From: Bugula neritina
Lineage: Eukaryota; Animalia; Bryozoa
Direction: 5' to 3'
Length of the DNA stretch: 64,000 nucleotides
NCBI GenBank assembly: GCA_964035545.1
Contig: OZ037767.1
Span: 3,545,680 to 3,609,679 of the forward strand
Part shown: positions 27,611-41,580 of the stretch, piece after piece
Layout of the letters: each line of letters begins with the position of its first letter
Numbering within the stretch: the first letter of the stretch is position 1
The notes under the pieces: generated by a model
The model's input: the letters and a program-made list of their open reading frames with translations, nothing else
Database searches by the model: none
Told to the model about the DNA's origin: nothing
Translations under genes and position numbers: made by a program

Positions 27611-29130
27611 ACCATAGTTACGATATCTATTTCTATATTACAAGTTTTTTTCATTATTCATATTGAGTATTTTATGACTGACCCAAAGGCTAGAAAGTAA
27701 CAAAAATCACTTGATGCAGCACAAAGTTTTGAGTCACTAAATGTAGGATTTCTAGTCTGGATTGGTACTTAGCACAATGAGTATAGAAATGATGCACGTA
27801 TTAGCCTCATACTTAATGCTCCATCTAACGATCCCCAAAAGCAAAGCAGATGTTAAAATATATTAGTGGGAGCCAATAATTGGCTGTAGGCGCGTCCTAT
27901 ACCCCACACCAAATCATCTATCAAGCTACAAAAGCTTCATAGGTAACAATAAAAACTATTCGCAAGAGAATGCAGTTTCGAATTTTGATTCACGGTCTAT
28001 ATTTGTTAGATGTGATAACTTCTGCTACTGCAGCGCCACATGTCTAACCCATCTGGCATCTAGTTGACCATTGTGATTGGGATTGCCACTGCCATAATGA
28101 TAATCATTATGATGATTGTTATGAAAACCAAAATTATATTATAATTATGTCTATGATGTTATTATTAGTTGTATAAATGATGCAATAAAAGCAAATCAGG
28201 CTAGTTAAGATTTTACTTCTATGAGTATGATACTCATACTCATAGAAGTAGTATCAGTATCACTATCAGCATGATTCAGATTTTCATTTAGTTTTACTCT
28301 GAGTCTGAGAGTGAGTCTGACTGGAATCACAATTACTCAATTAGTGAATTGCTATTAAGTTTAATCAATTTTATATTGATCATTTAGTTATACTAGCGGT
28401 CAACACTTCGCTTATATTAAGTGAAAATAGAACATTACTTCTTAATTAAAGTAAAGCTGCACTACGTCTACTGTGATGAACTTTTAACTTCAAGACTAGA
28501 GGTAGTGCTGATGTTGATTAAAGGTTAGCCTTAGGCCAGCTTTGAGGTTAAGTCAAACTCAGAGGCCAGGGCCTGGTGGTCTTATGTTGGCATTTATTTT
28601 GAATTTCATTTAGTGTTATTGTTATGATTGCTGTCTAGATATTGTTTGAATTATTTTATAATCATTTTGCTAAAGTAGTGTTGCATTTTGATATTGAATA
28701 ATGTTTTAACCATGGTGATTTTTGAAGGATTTCTTTTTTTATTTTATTTAGTTCATGCATTATTGTAACAGTCATAAATGTAAGTTTATATTTATGGTTT
28801 GCTGTATTTGTGTCACTTCACTTGCTTAACATCTATAGAACTTAAATTAGTAATCACTTAGCCATGAGCGCTGAGTTTTAGATTAATTTAGCAGACAATA
28901 TTAGGAAAGATTATTAACTAGCTTAAAAGTATTTTCTCGTTATATTCATCCCTGAATGAAATGATTACTGTGAAGATTTGATCTTAAAACTTCTAGTGAC
29001 AAGTTTACTTTGTAACTACAACCCTTACAAAGCTTTGCTATTTTATGGTGTTGAGTAACTTTGATTTTTAAGACATGCTTTTTATTAACCAGCTGTTATA
29101 TCTTGATTCTTTTAGCTGTACATTTCAGCA

Positions 29131-31012
29131 ATGACTTCTAATGGGAAAGATAACAGAAATAAAGAAAGTCAATCCTCTTCATCTGTAGCAGTTTCTGATT
29201 CTAATACAGATGTTGCAGTGAGTATAAATTTAAAAAAACTGCTAGATATTCTGCTTTCTTACACAAAAATTGATGGACTGAGACAATATCTGTGACTTGA
29301 GTTTCAATGATTCAATTGGGGACCCTGTCACGTGCAGGCGACTGTTGTGGTTTATATACATCATTATTTAACACATATTTGCTTAGGCTCACTGCATATA
29401 TATGAAGTAGTTGTTAAAAATATGTTTTCTATTTTCAAATAAGTTGTTTAAATAAATTGCTAGAAGTTTTTGAGACAATTTTAAAGAGAATTATTTGTAT
29501 TATATTGGTTGCAGGCTGAAAGTACATTACAATCAATTATGGCATAAACTGTTTGACGAAGTATCAAAGAAATTAATATGCTTTACCTAAAAACCGAAAG
29601 TTCTAACTTAAACCACTTTAATTGCAATCCCACATGTATTTCAGGCGTGCATTCTAACTCTCTTAATAAATAAAGAAATAGTTCACTGTACACATCAAGG
29701 AGCATAAAGAAAGCAGTCATTGTACACTTCTTAGCATTTGATTAATTAATAATTGGAATGATATTTCTGATTCAAATAGGCGTTGCTACTTTCAGATTAC
29801 TTTATAATCTGTAGTATAACATATAATTGATTTCAATGAACTAATTTTAACCAAATTATATTTTTATTAATCCAAGCTATTTTAATAGTGAACTCATATA
29901 ATAATGTATTGTATAGTAAATTTTTTTTTGTCTTGTATAGTATATTATTATATAGTATATTATTGTATAGTATATTATTGTATAGTATATTATTACATAA
30001 TATTGTATTACATAGTATATTGTTATATAGCATATTATTATATAGTATATTATTATATAGTATCTTATTGTATAGTATATTATTGTATAGTATATTATTG
30101 TATAGATATTTTATTGAATTATTTGATAGTGTAGTATCGTATTATATAGTATTATATAGGACATTATTGTAATTAAATGAAATATTCCAGAAATCATCTA
30201 CAGTTATGGAAGAGAAACCGGAGTGCATGGGATGCCAGGCTGTAGCGTTTACGACACCGCTGTTGATATCTGCATATCTGATCCATCAGCACAGCACTCT
30301 AGAGAAAGTAGCGGCCATGCCTGTGGCTCGGACCTGGACAGGAAGTAGGCGATGGCGGCTCAAGATGCACAGATTTAATATGATGTTTACTGCTCCTGTT
30401 GGTAAGGACCATCTACTCCACAGCTTAGGCATTGTTAAAGTATGAATATCACTTTGTACTTTCCTTTAGAAATTATCTCTCTGTATGTATTTGTGTGCGT
30501 GCATATTAGTATGCATCTTGCTGTGTGTTAGTGTGCGTGTGTTGGTGCGAGTGTGTTGGTGCAAGTGTGTAATATGTATCACAGTATTTCACCAACATGA
30601 GCTTTTCAGAGTCAACATGCACTCATCTGGCTACAATTTACTATTCTTGTGTGTTTTATTCAAGACCTCCTACTATCTCTTTCACATGACAGGTTTCACC
30701 TTGGTTACTTGGAGTTATCTTTTCAATGGGTTACCCACTGTTGATGAAGATCAGCCTAACATTGAGTCTCTAGATGACCTAGTGCAGAGGTCTGTGGAGT
30801 CATCCAGAAACGAAATGGACGGTTTTACTAGAGGTACACTGAAGCTTGCTGACTGGTTCACCTCTAGCCTGGCAGAACGCAAATCTCAGTTCTCAGACTG
30901 GTACTCCAGACTTAAACGAACATTTTCTTCTGAATCAGTAAACACTACAACGCCGTCAGGTTCCTCGTCTAATAATAGCTTGGCAGCTAATGGTGACAGT
31001 AAAAAAAGTTGA
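29131..31012 (+). CDS. Uncharacterised small membrane protein (~205 aa) with CxxC and two hydrophobic segments; possibly DUF4536/DMAC1-like
   Basis: Exons 29131-29217 (gca|gtgagt), 30191-30401 (g|gtaagg), 30693-31012 are phase-compatible. Sequence ECMGCQAVAFTTPLLISAYLIH...MMFTAPVG|FTLVTWSYLF. AATAAA at ~31315. The family assignment is a pattern-level inference only. Confidence 0.7.
29905..30170. repeat. 15-bp minisatellite (TATAGTATATTATTG) upstream of an acceptor
   Basis: More than 10 tandem units; explains the YSILL/IVYYC/YNNIL ORFs. Confidence 0.95.
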
Positions 31013-34000
31013 AATTAGAAATTATCTGTCCTTAGATGGTTCCATGTCAGCAAGTGTTCTTTTATGTTTTGGAAAAATTATTTTTGAATTTTTGCCTGAA
31101 ATAAGTTTTCCATGTGCCTATATAATAATGTTTGGTATATGTTGATAGTTGTGAGCAATAGGCGTTACGGTATTTTATTTGTTTCTATTACTTTTGTATT
31201 GTCTTTGGTTTGAGCTAACAATTCTCTAACAGGTTCAGTCTTTTTCTCAACTGCCATTTGATTTTTTTATTTCAGTGTAATCAGCAAACAACAAAAGGAG
31301 TGTTTTGTGTTTTTAATAAAATGTTTATTACATTACAGTTTACACTATAGCTGTCATAAGCAATTTTGCATTTTTGAGGCTTGTGTTCTCTTGCTTCAAA
31401 TGTAACCAAGAAAAGGCAACTCCATTTTTCTGTTGTTTTACTCAAGTTTTGATGCAATTACTACTACTTGTTCTGCTACAATGCTCTGAATTTTCCCTGT
31501 TCTTTCATATGAGATGAATGCTTTGAAAGATATTATGAAATTGCCATAATTTTTTCAAGAGCAGCCTAACATTGAGTCTCTAGATGGCACTTTTGTGACT
31601 GGTTAAACATTTAGCAATACTTTTGTGTTTACACAAATGCAGAAATGAGTTGCCTGATGTACTGTCATACTCGTGTTGTTCAGAAAGAGGTTCACAGGAA
31701 GTCAACGAGCACTAAAAACCGGACGGTGAGTCATAGACCCTCAGCTGACTAGAGAAGGACCGTTGACTAGAAATGGCTGACGAGGCATTACTGGGTCTTC
31801 AGCATTAGCTATTACTATCAGTAAGTAAAGCTCAGTAACTATAAGTATTACTCAGAATGCTGCCTGAGGCAGCGGATTTAGTTAGTATAATTTATATAAT
31901 CCTGTATGACTAAGTGCTACTCACATAGACTTAGTGTTCCTAACTGCTTGCAGCTACTGCAGTCTAAGCTATTCTATACCAAGATCATAGTCTATATCAT
32001 TATATTTTTAGCAAATTCACTGAATCCATTGCATTGTTATCTAACAGGATATAATTATTAACTTTTTCTGTATTTCTATATGCCCCTGGCAGTTAGGAAA
32101 TAGTATATATAGAAACTAGATTCCCATCCTTAGAGGCTTCGGAATAGGATTTTGTTGACTAGATCTGAAAACATTAATAACACAGTTCATTATTAAAATT
32201 GATCTAGGGTGAATATTCCCTTTGTTTATCATAGTTAAAAATGAGTATGTTGTCTTGTAAAATCCAACATCAGTCAATTTAAATGCTGCATGAAATATTA
32301 GCACTCATCTCAACATATTCAAATAAAATTTTAAATAGTAATTTTCTACATCAATACCTGAGATACTCTACTTTTCATCAACAAGTTTTTTTTGGAAATA
32401 CAAACTTTTTTTCAGAATTAAATGCTCTCCCTGGGGACTTGCAACTGAAGGTTGTACTGTGACGTTATAAAGCTAATTGGCAGTGAAAGGCAAAATATTT
32501 CTAGCAGTCAGCATTTTATGTGATGTGAGGCCAAGTGACAAGTGCATTTGCTAACAGGGTATGGAGTCTCAACATTTTTGTTGATAGGTCCTACTCTGAC
32601 GATGTAATCCCCAATATGATGCCGGCAGCAGTCATTGTAGTATGTCTGCACTTGATAAGTAAGCCAATAGTTTATTGAAAAAAAAATATACAAGTACACA
32701 AAGAATTTCGCTAGTAATTCATGCACAAATACCCTAATACTGATTTTAAATTATAATATGGTTATGAGCATGTGGCACTGTAAATATAAATGAATACACT
32801 TTCAAGTTTATTGATTTTAGCATTTTTACTGTTGATTTATTTTATTATAGTGCCAATAGGTTTCAAAGCATCATTGGCTTGTTTTGAATTGTCTAGTTAT
32901 TCTCAGTAGGGCTGAACCGATGCCTTAGTCTCAGTTGTGTAGTACTTTACAAAATGAATTTAAAGATTATATACTCCTGTATTGATTGAGGCTGCTGACA
33001 GTCTTTTTGCTGACCAAATTTGCCTGTTTAGCAGCTGAAATTGCAAACGGAATTTGGAAATGTTAGAAAAAAGTACCCTTTGCATTGTGGTGATTGCCAT
33101 AGAGCGTTCATGAGTTAACTCTTTGGGTAAATACTAGTTTGGAGTTGTCATCTTAAGTGAATTTAACTAATAGCATAGCAATAAAATATTAAATTTTACT
33201 TTACAGTGATTTTATGTTTATCTACTTAACTTTAGGACAACAATTATCATGTATTGAGGCGCAGATATTGGCTGTGAAATGCACCAATAGTTTAACTTCA
33301 AACCAGACTAAAATTTGGTGATATATTTTAGTTCTTTTTAATGGCTAACATATTTCTATGTTTGCGTGTTTAATCCGGAGAGGATGCAGGGCTGTGATGA
33401 AACCAACTGACGTAGTGTTTATTAATTTGTTAAACCGATTTTTAAAAGGTTTAGAACTTAAGATATATATTAAAACTAGTAGTAGTGGATACTGGAGCAC
33501 TAGCAGTTGTTTTACGGCATATTTGAGACGTGAAATATGCCTGTAGAAGCTTAGTTTGTGGTGATGTATGATGATATTGATTGTGGGTATAGAGCTTATG
33601 GTGGTAATTAAGATATATAATATTTTCTTGCCAATATTGTGTGTTTTACCTCAGGCTACATAACTTCAATAAGAGCCAACACACAGCATATTTTTATACC
33701 CCTAAACCTATCAGACAATATTACCAATAATCCAGAACTTTTTCAAGGACGGTTTTTTAATATTTTTTCTTTAGCTTTTATCTTTTTCGAGATTTCTGTT
33801 TACTCAGTCTGGTGAACGTGTGCAAAAGCATTCCTAGATTGTTTGCTGAAGCCGTGATCTTATTGGAAATTCAACTATTCTCATTAAAATGTTATAGAGT
33901 ACTGTTACAGAAGAGCAACTGTATACAAAGGTTTGAATAGCCGAGGCTTCTAGCAGCTTCTAACCATTAGTTGACTCTCTTCCTGTTTGAATGCATATTA

Positions 34001-37000
34001 TTGTATTACTGTTTCGCATCTAACCTCGGAATTGCAACTGATAATGTATTGATCTTTTTATCATTATAGTATAATTAAGCATTGGATTTCAGGCTTAAAT
34101 CCGGGCTTAATCACTTATATGTCGATTACTTTTGCTACCTCATATCTCTCTACTCGACTCTCTCCCTCATCTCAAAACTGCAATTGCTGTTTAGCAGCAT
34201 TAATATACGCTAGAGGCTAAATATGAATTACTAAGCGCGTAGCTGTTGCCGATGCTCCTATGGTATTATGGACATTTTTATATACATATTCGGCGGCTAA
34301 ACAATTCTTTGTCAATGCTGATTACCACACATCTGATCTTGTTAATCAATAGAATACTGCGTTGCTGCCATTGCTGCCTCTACAGCTGCTGACTCAGGTC
34401 ATACGTCAAACTATTTAGACTACAATATTATTTATCTGAAAAACGGAGGCTTTGAAGAGTTTCACTTTGCCATATAATTGCTAACAAAGACAATAGCCTG
34501 CTTACACTGGATTATAATACTGAGAGTAGTTGAGGATACGCAACACTGTTGTAATTCCGTAGCCATTGCGATGACTTCAAATCCTAAGGGACTACAAAAA
34601 CGATACTAATTTTTAGCTCCTTCATTATCATTAGAAGCTAGGAGTCGGTCATATTAGCTGCATATACTAGCTATTCAGCAGCTTCTGTTGGAACACATTT
34701 TCAGCTCTTGCAGTGCAATCAGTGATGTCTTAGAGACAGAGTCACTCCTAACTGCAGCCAATTGTTGAAATTAGGCTCTGAAACTACTTCTTATTAGCTG
34801 CGTTTCTACTCCAGGAATATTTTTCAACTGGAAGCTGCTTCTTATAAGATTTATAGAGCAAGGAGCTGCCATATTGGATTTATTACAAGCTGAGAAAAAT
34901 ACAGATATTTGTATCAGGTACGGTGTTGGTTGTTGACTACGTATGTATAGTTGTTCTGGTACAGTTGTGGAGGTTGACTGTAGCTGTAGTTGTTCTAGTG
35001 TGTCTGCAGTTGTTACTTTAATTTTTTCTTATTCTAAGAATTATTATTAAAATTGTCACTCCCTCGACTTCAGAATACAAATCTTGTTTTGTCTATATAG
35101 TCTACACTTTTGACTTACTTTCTTTGTTTCGTTGCTTTTTGTTTACTTTTTAAAAATTATATATGCAGCTATTTGTTGTTGGTTAAAAAGTTCCCGGTTG
35201 AAACAGCATTAAAAGAATTTCTCGGTTCCTTGTACCGACAATAAATTTTAGCATTCTGCTTTGAGAAAATTAGTTCAGTTCAAAGAAAATTTTAGACGGC
35301 TCACTCTGTATGAGTTGCAGAGAGATAAACAGCAGCGTCGTCTATGCTTACTGCTATAGTAGGAACTTTAGATAAACATCCTGGCCACAATTTAGCTGTC
35401 CATAAATAATTGTTTTCACAACAATCATAGAGTACTTTACTAAATAGATTGCTAGCTATCCATGTATTCTCTGCATGACAAGATATCTAACTGTTGTTAC
35501 TATTTTAAGACTCTTGCTGTTTGACATTTAAGCAGCAAGTAAAATAAGTTTACTAGGAACAAATTTGCTCACCCTGGTAAAGTATCCACATACAATGAGC
35601 ATGCTCTTCACCATTTCACACTTCGTGCATTTATATGGTAATTATCATGGACTCTAGCATAAGTATCCTAATTTAAAAAAAAGTTGTCAATATAATTGCT
35701 ACATTAGCTTTTCATGCATGTCATCCCTGAACGCTAGTTAAAGGAAGGTTTGAGCCAGGTCTATCTATTAAAATCGTATAGTTTGTACACCAGAGGATCG
35801 TTCTTTGTGTTACAATGGGTAGCTAACATGAATTAATATAATATTTTGGTCAACTTTAGTGTGGACCTTATAGTCATAGATAGGGAATTGTTTTATAAGC
35901 AGCTCCAAGTTGAGGTTGAAGAACAATTTTAGTTTGGAGTTGGGGGACATAAAATAGATTTTGGTCAACTACTCTAATTAGGAACTTGAACCATATAGAA
36001 AATGGTTTGGGGTAAAATTAGTGGTCCAGGTTCTTCAAATTATTGAGAATAAACATCAACTGCTCATTTCAACACCCCCAACTTCTTAGCTTTTTCACGG
36101 AGTACTGAGACTATAAACAAAGTTGTGTTAATTAAATTATTGTCACTAGATCAGTGAGGGAGCTGCTACATGTTATATAAGATGTGGATCTGTCAAGACT
36201 TGTACGTAGGCTAACTTCTTAAAGGTTATAACCTAACAAGTATTATTTAGTGGCCACTCAGCCGCCAATGTTACATCATCACATGCACTTACCGTCTATT
36301 CTGGCAGCTAAGGGATTCTACTAGCGATTCATCACTCTTAAAATGAAAAGTGGCAATAAAATCAAGCTTTACTAAGTCAAGATATTATATAATATCTAGC
36401 AAACTTTTAAATTTCTCACAATTGAAGTTGATTCCAAAAAGTTGTTTGAGTGGTAAAAATATGCTAGTCTTTTAATGCATTGCCCTCTTCAGATCTAAGC
36501 CACCTTAAAAGACCTAAACATATAACGTAGCATTGGTTGTTGAAACTGGCTCAAAATCAAGCTGTTTTGTTAGTTTCGTTTCCCTGTAGTTATAATTAGA
36601 GGTTAAATTATATGGTATTCCTATTGTTATGTAACTGATATGTTATAGTTGTTGAAAGACACCAAAGTATGTAATTGCTAAATGAAATTTGTTTATTGTA
36701 AATAAAAAGATAATTATCTCCACTTGTTGATTAAACTCTAAGAAATAGAAATTATAGAGTTTCCATGGAGATGTGCAGTGGCTTCAATAACAAGTCCTAT
36801 ATTTAGATGCCCCAAGTCTATTACTTCTTATTCAAAGCTATTAGTATTTACTCTCTAGTTCTAACCTGCCTGGTCAGTTTGTACGTCTAGGCTACAAATA
36901 TATGGTAGTAATTTGTGAAAAGAATATTTTGAGCTATTCCGTAAGAATACAATGATACAGCTGAACATTGGAATGCAACATAATTTATAATTAAGCAAAA

Positions 37001-38794
37001 ACAGTAGTAATTACATTAATTCATCTTTCTTTATGCTACGAATTCTGTCTGTAACACTTTACAAGTAACACATTTCACTGACTGCATGTTAGAAGTACTC
37101 CAGTCAATTATACCGACAGTCGTTTGCAAAAACTTTCTAACTGTTTGATTCGATAATTTATCTCCATTGTGTAATACAAATCAAGTGTGCTATTGGTGAG
37201 TCCTGATTGTTTAAACTCGTTATATTTTAAGTTTGCACTGGAAGCAACTAGTGAATTATTTCATCTAATATTCTGTTTCATTTCCATTGGGAGCTTCTGA
37301 CACTGTAGCAAGTGAAGTTGTTTTAGTTGCTTGCAGCCATTGATTTAATTCGTTCAATTAGAATATAAAACATATCGTAGGCTTTGTCTTCATATGCAGT
37401 GTTACTAGGCCAATTTAAATGACAAACCACAAAGCAGTATTACTTATTTTACAGATGGTTTAATGTCAACTAACACCATTCCTCCTACCCAGGTCTTCAC
37501 GTATAGTACTTGAAACTTTAAGTCAAGTTTTATTAAGTAAGAATACATTTTCCAAGTTTTTTATACTGATTTCCCTGCAATAGATTTTGCGCTGGGACAT
37601 CCTTACTTAAATATTAAAAGTTACATATAAATCTGAAATCAAAGCTTAACTATAAAATGATTTCTGTTCAATAAATTTACTACAAGCATTCCAACATTGT
37701 TTATGATTATAAGGAGTTATTTCCCCCAATACATCATGATCATTTCTAACATGATTGCCTAATGCAAATATAAATTAGCATCAGGGTAAATATACATTAT
37801 TCAACTTGGAATTTGAGAGTATGAACATTTCAATATACTATCATACCTTTAGATAATTAAAATTATTTGATTTAGAGCCAGTTTTAATGTGTACCATATT
37901 CGTGAGTTTACACAAAGGTAACCACAGAGGTTGTTTCTTAATCCAAGAATTTTTCCTTTTTGTCAACCAGATGTGTATTGGGCATGATAGCTGTAGGCTG
38001 CCTTTGTCTGGAATCCCTACTTAATTCTGTTGAGAATTGTGAACTCTAAAACATGCCTCTCAATACTTTTCTAGCTTGGTTGCACTTAGTCTATGGTAGC
38101 TGTCTGACAATTGCTTTTTTATTTCGAGATCTAACGTACCATAGATAGACTTAACATTATGAATGATGCTATATTGCTAGAAGTCAATTTAATTCAAGAT
38201 AGTAGTTTTATTATGTAGCATTATTTCAATGGATTTATATTCTAAGTATATCATGCAGCGTTAATGAAAGCTCTATGAAGTAAAATATTTGTACTTGAAA
38301 TCTGCCCTACTTACTGTATATGTCAAGCTTGATTAAACTTTAACTATTTAGGCAGAAATAGATTTGAGACACTTTGTATGCGCAGGAAGTGATGTCAAAT
38401 TACTAACTATCCAAGTAGAAGTACACGCAGACAAAATGTTAGGACACTTAAAAATTTAATCGAAATATTTAAAGTTTCTAGTTGAACAGTTTAAAATATA
38501 TCCAAGCATATCTGTGTCTGTAATCCAGCAATAGCTAACTGTGGTACGGTGTAGTGCAGTCGTACAATATAGTATAGGATAGGAATAGTATAGTGTATGT
38601 GTAATATAATATGTTGTAACTTGTAATATAGTATAGCACAATATACTACACCAAAATATATTGTGTAATATATTTATAACAATAATAATATTGTATATAT
38701 TTAATACATATAATGTGAGGATGTAGCATATGCAATTGATGAGTGTTGAAGCTACAATAAAGCTATACTTATGTTCTTATGTTTGTTCAAGTTC

Positions 38795-38920
38795 TCCACT
38801 CCTATGAGAACCCCTGATGGCAAGGGGGTTAAATCCTGTGCCTATCACTAAGCTGGCAACCAGAGTGTTCAAAGTATGCACACCCTTCCTGACATCACCA
38901 ATGACTCCTAGATGACCAGG
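38795..38920 (-). mobile_element. Degenerate SINE fragment related to 19389-19605
   Basis: Reverse complement contains CATTGGTGATGTCAGGAAGGG...AACCCCCTTGCCATCAGGGGTTCTCATAGG, matching two blocks of the SINE body. Confidence 0.6.
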
Positions 38921-39285
38921 TGTCATGCTGGCCAAAACCTAGGCTATATCACTATAGAATCTAATCACTATATCTTGCAACCAGATCCACTTTTTTTCTG
39001 TTACTCCTATGTCCTAAGATAGAACCCACTGAAGGAGTAACTTTACAAATTCTTCCTCATAAATAATCCTGCACAACTAGCTGCATCATTATTTATTCCT
39101 TTTTAGTTGGTCATGCATTTCTAAAAATAAAGTGCTATAATAGGTACAATATGAAATAGTACGTTTTTGTATCTACTATTACATTCAATTTTTATACTGT
39201 CTATAGGTACTGTACATCTACTGTATATACTGTGTTTACTGTATATATATTGTAGGAATATACTGTAAATCTATTGTATTCACTA

Positions 39286-39410
39286 GTGCAGTAATGACGA
39301 AATCAAGAAAAGCCTGTGTTCTAGATTAGAAATGTAGCAAAAGAAGTTATTTTCTACAATAGTTTCACTTGACCCCACACCAAAATTTATTAAAAAAATT
39401 AAATAATTTA
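39286..39410. mobile_element. ~150-bp MITE-like repeat, partial inverted copy
   Basis: GTGCAGTAATGACGAAATCAAGAAAAGCCTGTGTTCTAGATTAGAAATGTAGCA is the reverse complement of the right end of copies 23895-24046 and 39804-39959. Confidence 0.8.
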
Positions 39411-39803
39411 GACTATTAAAATGTTCCGCTGTTGCATCTAAAAGTTGTGCTCTTTGCTTGTTTGCAAAATTGAAATGCATTATAAGATTTTGATGGCATA
39501 GACCTAGAGTTTTGGCAGCATAGACTTAGAATTGTGGTAGAAGTAACATATAATATACTATTATGTAGTTCTAACTTATAGTATATGCTAAGTCTATGTA
39601 GTGACTTATAATAAATCATATCCAATAACCCATCTGTGGGTTGCTCTATATAAGCTTATAAGAAACCATAAATATATTATCATTAGTGATATTATGACTA
39701 CTCAGTGGTTATTTATAACCCCAGGCAGCGCCTACATTTCTAGGAATTGTTTTTAGATTTAGGAGAATCGAGTTCTAGCTTAGTGCAAAAGGTTTTTATT
39801 TAG

Positions 39804-39959
39804 GAGCAGTAGTGGAGAAATTGAGATAACCCAAGTTCTTTAATTTTCTTAATAAGTTTTGATTTGGGGTGCAGGTTGAAATTCTTTCGAGAACATAACT
39901 TCTTATGCTACATTTCTAATCTAGAACTCAGGGTTTTCTCAATTTCCTCATTACTGCAC
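39804..39959. mobile_element. ~150-bp MITE-like repeat, copy 3
   Basis: Colinear with 23895-24046 (GCAGTAGTGGAGAAATTGAGATA...GCTACATTTCTAAT...CATTACTGCAC). Confidence 0.85.
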
Positions 39960-41519
39960 CTACCTCAAGATTTTCCAGTAACAGTTGCAAATGATTTATA
40001 TTCAATACAGAGAGCCAAGAAAGACATGTTAAAAAGTTCCTCCAAGAATTTTGATGCTAAATATAATAACCAGGGATTGGGGGGAGATAAATCTAGTACT
40101 TGGTGAATATAGGCTATAACAGCTGTCCAACTCACCTGGCATGACTTGATCATGTTTATCAGAAAAATTAAAATGTAATTTTGGTTTACGGAGGGCGATA
40201 TTTGATACAATTCATTCTTTCACCACTCTTTCTCACGAAATAATGGGCCTTGAAGCTGCTGCCGCTTACTAGGTCTTGGCAGCTGGCGATGCAAGCAAAA
40301 AATGATTGAGTTACTGGCTTGGAATGACTTCCATCTAAATGCTGTTTATGTGGCTGGCTTTAAAGAGCTGACAATGGGAAACATTTAGCCATGTGAAAAT
40401 ATGGGGGCTTGACTGATTTATATTTTTGTAGAGCTGTTCAGGTTCTTCATTTCATTTAAACAAATTAATTCAAAAGCAATAAAATTAAGAATTACTTTTA
40501 CAAAGTTTACTTTAGGAGATGCGAGCATGTTTAAACTGGAGAAACCGGATGGTAAAGTACAAATGGTTATACAGTGAAAAGGTTACTTGGGTTTCTGATG
40601 ACCCCTAGCTTGGGAGAAGTTACTTCTGCTAGATTATGCAATATAAAAGATCTCAACTTTTTCTCTTGCCGTTGATATATTTCTTGTTTGAAAAAATAAT
40701 ATTTTTCTATGAGTGTTTAATAGGCTCTCATTTGATTATCACATCATCATATTGTCATTTCAAACATACCTTTGTGCCAACACTATTTTCATTTCTACAT
40801 GTTGATGGCTGCTACAGCCAGTTTCCTAATGATAGTTGACAGGTCAATGAGAGTGAGTGCACCAAATTGTTTTCATAACAAATGTTACTTCTGAGGGTGG
40901 ATGCAGAATCTATGCCCCTGGATGATGGGAAGGACTTCTTTTAAATGCTCCTCAAATTTTTAAAAAGGTTTACTATTTCTTTGATCTATTAAGTTCGAAC
41001 TTCTACCGTAAGCAGTTAGAGTAAGATTTCTCTGTAGGTATGAAGGGATGTTGCGGGTGGAGGAAAACGGTTGCTTGCACCGCCACTGATACTTCTGGCA
41101 CCACTACTAGGTTTTGAGGAATACTATTGGTCACTCTCAATTTCAAGACCCCTTCTAGCGTGCCCTAGTGACCAACTTGCAGGGGAGACCTTCTTTGTTT
41201 TATGTTGCTGTCGCTGTCTCCAGAAAACATTTCGTAGTTAGAATTAGTCTGTAGTTGTACACATCTCTTTAGCATCTGTTCTTAAGGGCTCATTGAAAAC
41301 TTGTAAGTATCTGATATATATAGATTCATACATAGATATTGTATAGATTTGCTGCTAGCTCAAAGACAATTACATAAAATTTTGTGCTTTGCAAAGCTGT
41401 TCAAGGATGGAGCTTGCTAAAGCCAATTCTTTCAGGGTAAATATTTTTTGGAAATGTTTTATTTCTGAATTCACGGTCAGTTTGAATTTACTAGCACTAC
41501 TCCCCTTGGCTGCTCAAGT

Positions 41520-41580
41520 TGTCAAGTAACATGTCAAGTAACATGTCAAGTAACATGTCAAGTAACATGTCAAGTAACAT
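41520..41580. repeat. 12-bp tandem repeat (GTCAAGTAACAT)x5
   Basis: Five perfect units seen directly. Confidence 0.95.

Noticed and set aside
29833-30172. Tyr/Ile/Leu-rich ORFs
   Set aside because: Translations of the 15-bp minisatellite.
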